From assembly GCA_020439945.1 (NCBI GenBank), contig JAGRPB010000004.1, positions 10,307 to 74,306 of the forward strand: a stretch of 64,000 nucleotides of DNA, written 5' to 3'. The notes below the pieces were generated by a model. It made no database searches and was not told the DNA's origin. It worked only from the letters and a program-made list of their open reading frames with translations. The translations under genes and the position numbers were made by a program. Below, one piece after another: positions 58,238-64,000 of the stretch. How positions within the stretch are numbered: position 1 is the first letter of the stretch; the number at the start of each line of letters is the position of its first letter. The stretch is from Verrucomicrobiia bacterium (GTDB lineage Bacteria > Verrucomicrobiota > Verrucomicrobiia > Verrucomicrobiales > DEV007).

Positions 58238-59056
58238 TCATTTCCTTCCGTCACGAGCATACGGAAAACATCCCCAGCGAACGCCGCGAAGAATGGCGTC
58301 GGAAACCAGGCCGAGGACGCCGATGACGAGGATACCCGCCATGATCTCGTCAACGCGCACGAGACGCTTGGCGCGCATCATCATCGCGCCGATGCCGTCG
58401 GTGGCCGCGACGATTTCTGCAATGACAAGGTAGGTCCAACTGACCGCCAGCATTTGCCGAATGGTGTCCACATAAGTAGGAAGGGCCGAGCGAAAGACGA
58501 CCTTCAACAGGGCCTGACGACGATTGGCGCCCAGAGTTTGGGCCGATTCCACGAGATCTCGCGAGACAGCTCGGGTGTTGTCCATCAGCAAAGTGACGAG
58601 GAACCAGATCACTCCGAGAAACAACAGGGCCAGCTTCTGCATTTCTCCGGTGCCCAACCACATCAGCAAAAGAGGGACAAAAGACGGAGCCGGCAGATAG
58701 CGAAACGGCGAAATCAGCGGGTTCAATAGGTTCTCAGGAAAGGCGAACGCCCCCATCAAAAGCCCGAGCGGCAGCGCCACCACCACGGCCGCACCGAAAC
58801 TCAGAAGAATCCGGCGCAAGCTCACAAGCACATCCGCGCCGAATCCACGCTCACCAAAAAGTTCCGCCATCGCCCGCAGCACTTCCAGGGGCGACGGCAG
58901 AAGTCGAGGATTTGCCCAGCCACTGACCGACAGCAGGTGCCACCCAAGCAGGAAACTTCCCCAGGCGAGAAGACCGAGACCGAGTTTCCCTTTCCAGCCA
59001 ATGGGCTCGAAAAAGCGCCAACCAGGAATCAGGCGATGACGGGAAGGCGGAGTCAT
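58238..59056 (-). CDS. ABC transporter permease (NitT/TauT family)
   Basis: Start at the ATG at 59056. Six TM helices and an EAA-loop VESAQTLGANRRQALLKVVFRSALP. Confidence 0.85.
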   Translation of the reverse strand: MTPPSRHRLIPGWRFFEPIGWKGKLGLGLLAWGSFLLGWHLLSVSGWANPRLLPSPLEVLRAMAELFGERGFGADVLVSLRRILLSFGAAVVVALPLGLLMGAFAFPENLLNPLISPFRYLPAPSFVPLLLMWLGTGEMQKLALLFLGVIWFLVTLLMDNTRAVSRDLVESAQTLGANRRQALLKVVFRSALPTYVDTIRQMLAVSWTYLVIAEIVAATDGIGAMMMRAKRLVRVDEIMAGILVIGVLGLVSDAILRGVRWGCFPYARDGRK

Positions 59057-59073
59057 CGGTGTCAAAAAATCGC

Positions 59074-59643
59074 TCACTCGGGCTTCGACCAAGCCAACTG
59101 CCTCACCGCCGGATCGAGCGGCGTGTGGGCGATTCCGTTCGCGTAGTTGCTGATCAACTTCGTCGCGAGGCCGAGTACAATTTCCAAACCCTGCTCCGGT
59201 CCGTATCCCGCAGCGAGGAAGGCTTTCCATGACGCCTCGGGCGGGTGCCCGCGATGGGCGATCAGCTCACGAGTGTACACCCGGAGTGCTTCAAGTTTTT
59301 CGTCGGGAATTTCCGTTCCCTCTCGCAGCGCCGCGATCGCCTCGGCGGTCATGCCGGCCTTTTGCGCCAACAGGGTGTGCCAGGGCACGCAATAGGTGCA
59401 GTTGTTTTCAAAGTTGGCGGTCAAATAGACGACTTGGCGCTCGATCGGTGTCAGCGAGGTCTGATCAAACAGGGTCCAAAGCCGGACGTAACCCTCTAGG
59501 GTCGGCGGCGACGAGGCCAGAACCCTTTCCAGGTTCGGAATCATCCCGAAGTCCGCCGCCACTTCCTCCAACAGAGGCTGCGACGCCTCCGGAGCGGAAG
59601 CGAGATCGTGAAGCGGAAATTGTTCGGGATCGAAGCCAGCCAT
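59074..59643 (-). CDS. Carboxymuconolactone decarboxylase / AhpD-like family protein
   Basis: 189 aa with the AhpD-type motif NCTYCVPWH (CxxC...H). Confidence 0.8.
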   Translation of the reverse strand: MAGFDPEQFPLHDLASAPEASQPLLEEVAADFGMIPNLERVLASSPPTLEGYVRLWTLFDQTSLTPIERQVVYLTANFENNCTYCVPWHTLLAQKAGMTAEAIAALREGTEIPDEKLEALRVYTRELIAHRGHPPEASWKAFLAAGYGPEQGLEIVLGLATKLISNYANGIAHTPLDPAVRQLAWSKPE

Positions 59644-59646
59644 GAA

Positions 59647-61068
59647 TCACAGGAAGGTCAGCATGCGATCCAGTTGGTCGTCATGAATGGTATAGAAGTC
59701 GCGCTCCCAGTCGGTGGTCTTCTGCTTCAGATAGATCTCCTTCATTTCACCGAAAACCTCTCCAGCGAGTTCGTCTTCGTCAAAAGCCTCGATAGCGTGG
59801 CACAGGGTGGCGGGCAGAAAATCGATGCCGGACTGGCGGATCTGGCGCTTGCTCAGGTTATAGAGATTGTCATTTAGCGGCTCGCCCGGATCGAGCTCCT
59901 GCTCGATGCCTTCGAGACCGGCGGCGAGATGGAAGGCGGCGGCGAGATAGGGATTCACGCTCATGTCCGGCGCGCGATTCTCGAGACAGTACCGGTTCAG
60001 CGGCATCCGCATCATCGCCGAGCGATTGTTTCGACCATAAGCAATCAGCACCGGCGCCCAACTGACGTCGAGCATTTCCCCCTGCGCGATAAACCCCTGG
60101 TAACTGTTGTAGGTCGGCGATGTGACCGCGGTAAGGGCGGAGGCATGTTTCAACACCCCGGCCGCAAAGTGGTAAGCCATCTTCGACATCGGAATTCCAT
60201 ACTTCTCGATGAAGGGATTACCGCCCTCCTCCGGGGCGAAAGCGTTGCTGCCATCGGCGTCATTCTTCAGCGACATGTTGAAGTGGCAGCCCGAACGAAA
60301 ATCATCGGCAAAAGGCTTCGGTAGGAAGGTTGCCATGCAGCCGACGGACTCGGCGATCTTCTTGGCCATCAACCTGAGAAACACGAGCCGGTCGGACATG
60401 GTGAGCGCGTCAGCGTAGTCGCAGTCGAACTCGAATTGGCTGTGTCCGCCTTCCTGGTCAAAAGAATAAAGCCCCCAGCCCAGTTCCTGGAGTGCTTGGG
60501 AGAATGGCTCGAGGAAGTCCATTGCTCCCATCGCCTGGTAGACATCGTACGCCGGGCAGATGCCGCGATACTTCTGCGGTGAAAGCCCACTTCGCTCGCC
60601 GGTTTCGGGATCGATTCGAAACACATAAAACTCGGGTTCGACTCCCAGGTTGAAGGTAAACCCGAGCGATTTCGCCTTGTCCATCTGCCGCTTCAGGATC
60701 TGGCGGCTGTCGTTGGGATAGGGTTCACCATGGTAATAGAGATCGCCGAAAAAGTAGGCGAACCGCTTGTCCCACGGACAGACGATCATCGTGTCCAGAT
60801 CCGGCACAGCCGCACATTCATCCTCCTGCGGACCGACCAGGCCCATGCCTTCCATCGCGCCGACGGTGAACAGTTCCGAGCCGTTCGCCATTTTTTTCAG
60901 CGCGGACACAGGATTCACCTTCGCTTTCGGTGATCCGTGAACGTCGACATAGGTGGAAAGGAGATACTGAATATTGGCCGATTCGAGCTTGGCGGCGACC
61001 TGGTCCAGTTTTCCGGCATCGACTTCGAAGCCCTCGGGAACGGCAAAGGTGGGGTGAGAAGAACTCAT
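59647..61068 (-). CDS. Glutamine synthetase family protein (GlnA-like gamma-glutamyl ligase)
   Basis: 473 aa. Glutamine synthetase catalytic motifs FLPKPFADDFRSGCHFNMSL and NNRSAMMRMP. Confidence 0.85.
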   Translation of the reverse strand: MSSSHPTFAVPEGFEVDAGKLDQVAAKLESANIQYLLSTYVDVHGSPKAKVNPVSALKKMANGSELFTVGAMEGMGLVGPQEDECAAVPDLDTMIVCPWDKRFAYFFGDLYYHGEPYPNDSRQILKRQMDKAKSLGFTFNLGVEPEFYVFRIDPETGERSGLSPQKYRGICPAYDVYQAMGAMDFLEPFSQALQELGWGLYSFDQEGGHSQFEFDCDYADALTMSDRLVFLRLMAKKIAESVGCMATFLPKPFADDFRSGCHFNMSLKNDADGSNAFAPEEGGNPFIEKYGIPMSKMAYHFAAGVLKHASALTAVTSPTYNSYQGFIAQGEMLDVSWAPVLIAYGRNNRSAMMRMPLNRYCLENRAPDMSVNPYLAAAFHLAAGLEGIEQELDPGEPLNDNLYNLSKRQIRQSGIDFLPATLCHAIEAFDEDELAGEVFGEMKEIYLKQKTTDWERDFYTIHDDQLDRMLTFL

Positions 61069-61093
61069 GGTTTCGGGTAGGTAGAGTGAAAGT

Positions 61094-61915
61094 TCAGAGA
61101 ACCGGCATCCGCGACGACTCCAGCCATTCGGAGGGCGGCAGCGGAGGTTCTTCGGTCAAAGCGACCCGGATTTTCTCCGAGAGTGCGACGACCATCTTGG
61201 AAAAGAGCCAGGCCCCCTGCTCGGCGGTCCCCTCGCTCGGTTTGCCGGTGATCCCATTGAGACTGGTCTGCGATACGGGATGCGAGAAAACGGTACCGTC
61301 AGTGCGATCCGGATCGTCTTCGACGCGACTCATGTCGACGGTATCGGGCGCCAGATGAAGCATCAAATCGGTCTCGGCGCGGTTGGCGTGCAGATCTTCG
61401 GCATCCTCGAAGAAGTAATCCCGAATCGCCGGAGACAGGAGGAAGCTGTTGATCATGCCGATCTGGAATTTACCCAAATGGCGAAGCCTCAGCTGATCGA
61501 TGGCGACGCGAAGCACGGCGTCATTTCCGAAGTGGGAGTTCACGATGAGAAGCCGCTCCCACCCGGTCGCGACCATCCAATCGACGAGATCGAGGATGGA
61601 TTGAATGAAGGTGTCGTGACGCAATGAAAACGTCCCCGGCCATTTGCCCGTGTGGCCGGCGGAGACGGTGTAGGTCATCGTCGGCAGCAACGGCACGCCC
61701 GTCGCGGCGGAAGTAGCTTCCACGAGATGAGTAGCGATCACCGAGTCGGTATTTACCGGCAGGTGCGGCCCGTGTTGTTCGGTGGCGCCTGTCGGTAGCA
61801 GCAGCATTCTCATGCCGCTTTCCTGCAACTCGGCGATTTCCTTCCACGAAAGCCGATCGAGAGGCAGCGGCGAATTCCCATCGTTGGGCATGTCCGGTAA
61901 CGGGATAAAGCTCAC
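61094..61915 (-). CDS. Creatininase-family amidohydrolase
   Basis: Motif [24 protein letters not shown] start at 61915 overlaps the upstream stop (GTGA); the ATG at 61891 is the alternative. Confidence 0.85.
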   Translation of the reverse strand: MSFIPLPDMPNDGNSPLPLDRLSWKEIAELQESGMRMLLLPTGATEQHGPHLPVNTDSVIATHLVEATSAATGVPLLPTMTYTVSAGHTGKWPGTFSLRHDTFIQSILDLVDWMVATGWERLLIVNSHFGNDAVLRVAIDQLRLRHLGKFQIGMINSFLLSPAIRDYFFEDAEDLHANRAETDLMLHLAPDTVDMSRVEDDPDRTDGTVFSHPVSQTSLNGITGKPSEGTAEQGAWLFSKMVVALSEKIRVALTEEPPLPPSEWLESSRMPVL

Positions 61916-62811
61916 TCGACTTCGTCACCCGCCATCGTCATTCGCGGAATCTCCACGCCCCCGCCTCCGCGTTGCTCTCTCGGATGGATGAGTTCGTTGA
62001 TCCGGTGCTTGGTGGCCAGGTATTCGGGATCGATGGCCTGATCGAGACTTCGAGGACGCGGCACCGGCACCTCGATGATTTCGTCAATCCGACCCGGCTT
62101 GGCTTTCAGCACGAGAATCCGGTCGGCGAGGAAGACCGCTTCATCGAGATCGTGAGTGATGAAGAGGATGGTGATGTCGATGTTCTTCCAGATCTGTAGC
62201 AAATACTCCTGCATCTGCGCGCGCGTCTGAGCATCGAGAGCACCAAAGGGCTCGTCCATGAGCAGGATGCGCGGTTGGTTGGCGAGGGCGCGGGCAATGG
62301 CAACGCGCTGTTTCATGCCGCCCGAGAGTTGGAAAGGATACGAATTCTCGAAATCGGAGAGTCCAACCATTTCGATCCACTGCCTCGCTTCCTGCTCGAC
62401 CGCCGTCCCGGTGCGACCGGCCATCTTCGGACCGAACATCACATTCTGCTTCACCGTGAGCCACGGAAAGAGCGTGTAGGATTGGAAGACCATGCCGCGA
62501 TCCGGCCCGGGCCCGTGAACGACTTTCCCATCGAGCAGCAACTCGCCCGACGTCGGTTGTTCGAGTCCGGAAAGAATCCTGATGAGCGTGGATTTCCCGC
62601 AGCCCGACTGACCGATGACACACATGAACTCCCGGCGATAAACGTCGAAGTCGAGCCCCTGAAGCGCTGTTACGGTGCCCTCGGTCGAACCGAAAGTCTT
62701 TCCCAAGCCCCGCACCGAAAGGACCACGGGACGTTGCTTGAGTTTTCGGAATCGCTCGGCGACAGCCGGAGATTGCTCGCGGTAGTCCGGCAGAGTGGCA
62801 ACGGCAGTCAT
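61912..62811 (-). CDS. ABC transporter ATP-binding protein (NitT/TauT family)
   Basis: Start at the ATG at 62811 (ATGA overlap with the permease stop). Walker [10 protein letters not shown], signature [14 protein letters not shown], Walker [13 protein letters not shown]. Confidence 0.92.
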   Translation of the reverse strand: MTAVATLPDYREQSPAVAERFRKLKQRPVVLSVRGLGKTFGSTEGTVTALQGLDFDVYRREFMCVIGQSGCGKSTLIRILSGLEQPTSGELLLDGKVVHGPGPDRGMVFQSYTLFPWLTVKQNVMFGPKMAGRTGTAVEQEARQWIEMVGLSDFENSYPFQLSGGMKQRVAIARALANQPRILLMDEPFGALDAQTRAQMQEYLLQIWKNIDITILFITHDLDEAVFLADRILVLKAKPGRIDEIIEVPVPRPRSLDQAIDPEYLATKHRINELIHPREQRGGGGVEIPRMTMAGDEVE

Positions 62812-64000
62812 GAGGGAATCTTGTCGAGGCTGATGTTGTCCGCCGGTTCGGGCGCGTGGTTTCTCGGGCGGCTCAGATCCGGCGGCAGCCGATCGTTCGC
62901 GGCCGCAACCAGCCAGCGGGGAAACCACGTGATCGCCCGGCCCACGATGCTCGGCTTGCGATTCTGGTTCCCTTCCGCGTAGGGAAAGAGAATCCGGTGC
63001 AGCCAGGCCAAAACCTGGTCCGTGAAAAAGCCCATCATTCCAATGAGGATGATCACGGGAAACACCCGGTCGAAATTCCGCCACCGACCCTGGGTTTCGA
63101 TCAGTTCGGTGAGTCCGCTCTTCACTCCGATCAGTTCGGCGATCACCAGCCATGTCCACGCCCAGCCGAGGAGGATGCGGAGATCGTTGTAGAGGTTGGG
63201 CATGATGCCGGGGATCACCACCTTGGTCACCAGTTGGCGTTGCTTGGCGCCAAGCGTTTGCGCGGCTTCGAGGAGCGACACGTCGAGCAGGCGCGTCGTC
63301 TTGGCGATGACGAGCACCATCTGGAAAAGGGTGCCTACCACTACCAGGGCCACCTTGGGCGCGTCATTCGCCGCGAACAGAGCCACCAGCAGCGTGCTGA
63401 AAGCCGGCGCCGGCATGTAGCGGAAGAAATCGACGAAGGGTTCGAAAAGCTTCGAGAAAAACTGGTAGGTCCCACAGAGGACCCCCAGCGGGAGACCGAT
63501 CAGACAGGAAATGAGAAAGCCGCCGAACACGATCTTGACCGAGTGCGCGAGGCGATCGGTCATCGATGGCTGGTTCTCATCGACCTCGCGCTGAAACTCC
63601 TTGATTCCCATCACGACCACCTCGTGCGGAGGCGGCAGGTAATCCGGGTTCGAGGGCGCCCCCTGGGGAATCATCTGGGCAAAGGGCTGCGTCGGGTATT
63701 GGTCGGAATCGTAGGTGGGCGACGCCGCCGACATGATCTCCCAGTTCTCCCTGGCAATGGCAAGATTCTCGTCAGTCAGTTCCGGCCTGGTGGAAACCTT
63801 CTCGCCCGTGGCGAGGTCGCGCCAGATTCCGTAGATGGCCTCGTCATCGGTGGCCTGATCTTCCGTCAGCCAGCCGTTGGCAATCGCGATCGGAACGACC
63901 TGCCGGAGCAGTTTCTTGTTGGCGCGCGAGGAAAAGGTTTCTCCTCCGGCTCGGCGTTCCCGGATCGAGACGTTCTGCGTGCGAACGGCCTCCTGAAACT
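62808..64000 (-). CDS. ABC transporter permease (NitT/TauT family); reading frame stays open to the window edge
   Basis: EAA-loop [25 protein letters not shown]. My hand translation of 63735-64000 continues in the same frame with no stop and protein-like composition (…[30 protein letters not shown]…ENWEIM). The true start may therefore be 63611, 63734 or beyond 64000. Confidence 0.8.
   Translation of the reverse strand, partial: FQEAVRTQNVSIRERRAGGETFSSRANKKLLRQVVPIAIANGWLTEDQATDDEAIYGIWRDLATGEKVSTRPELTDENLAIARENWEIMSAASPTYDSDQYPTQPFAQMIPQGAPSNPDYLPPPHEVVVMGIKEFQREVDENQPSMTDRLAHSVKIVFGGFLISCLIGLPLGVLCGTYQFFSKLFEPFVDFFRYMPAPAFSTLLVALFAANDAPKVALVVVGTLFQMVLVIAKTTRLLDVSLLEAAQTLGAKQRQLVTKVVIPGIMPNLYNDLRILLGWAWTWLVIAELIGVKSGLTELIETQGRWRNFDRVFPVIILIGMMGFFTDQVLAWLHRILFPYAEGNQNRKPSIVGRAITWFPRWLVAAANDRLPPDLSRPRNHAPEPADNISLDKIPS

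Overview
High-GC (about 60% by eye) bacterial chromosomal window. I call about 58 protein genes and one tRNA. I saw no rRNA, no CRISPR array, no intact mobile element and no recognisable defence or prophage genes. All family calls come from motif recognition in the supplied ORF translations; no homology search was run. Many long ORFs in the track are antisense artefacts of the high GC content and were discarded. Several starts were moved to internal ATG/GTG codons where a signal peptide, a family N-terminus or a 4-bp ATGA overlap supports it. The gene content looks like Verrucomicrobiota/Planctomycetota (inference): CE15 glucuronoyl esterase, FGE-like protein, ExbB-ExbD-ExbD plus giant TPR proteins, small Cys-rich secreted proteins, and many signal and lipoprotein peptides.

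Layout:
- 1-4.9 kb: S8 peptidase 3' end, then a MacB-type ABC ATPase, FtsX permease and HlyD adaptor. A (CTTCCGA)x7 microsatellite sits between the ATPase and permease genes.
- 4.9-9.1 kb: azurin-like cupredoxin, a REC-DHp protein with no kinase domain, and an alpha-ketoglutarate-semialdehyde dehydrogenase with a DHDPS-family partner.
- 9.6-16.9 kb: minus-strand operon ExbB-ExbD-ExbD, a membrane-anchored alpha/alpha-toroid repeat protein, a 964-aa TPR protein and a secreted TPR-like protein.
- 17-38 kb: mixed housekeeping and carbohydrate-esterase genes, glpK, 2-oxoacid dehydrogenase E1 alpha/beta, and a pair of Cys-rich small proteins.
- 38.5-41.8 kb: tRNA-Pro(CGG), then five GGGTCTACA(CC) direct repeats and an ISL3-like transposase remnant, then an outer-membrane barrel / FMN-binding / ApbE / 4-TM His-rich operon.
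- 41.7-64 kb: every gene is on the minus strand. pdxA, allophanate hydrolase, a 1200-aa urea/guanidine carboxylase, two DUF1989 (carboxyguanidine-deiminase-type) genes and a NikR-family regulator are followed upstream by about 14 kb. That stretch interleaves a NitT/TauT ABC importer with creatininase-family, glutamine-synthetase-like, AhpD-like, beta-lactamase-fold, Rieske oxygenase, SDR, PuuE/polysaccharide-deacetylase-like, FGE-like and TIM-barrel genes.

Most interesting:
- The riboswitch-less carboxylase module headed by a NikR-like regulator, and the enzyme array fused to it.
- The ApbE flavinylation operon next to the tRNA scar.
- The ExbBD operon with a toroid protein in the TonB position.
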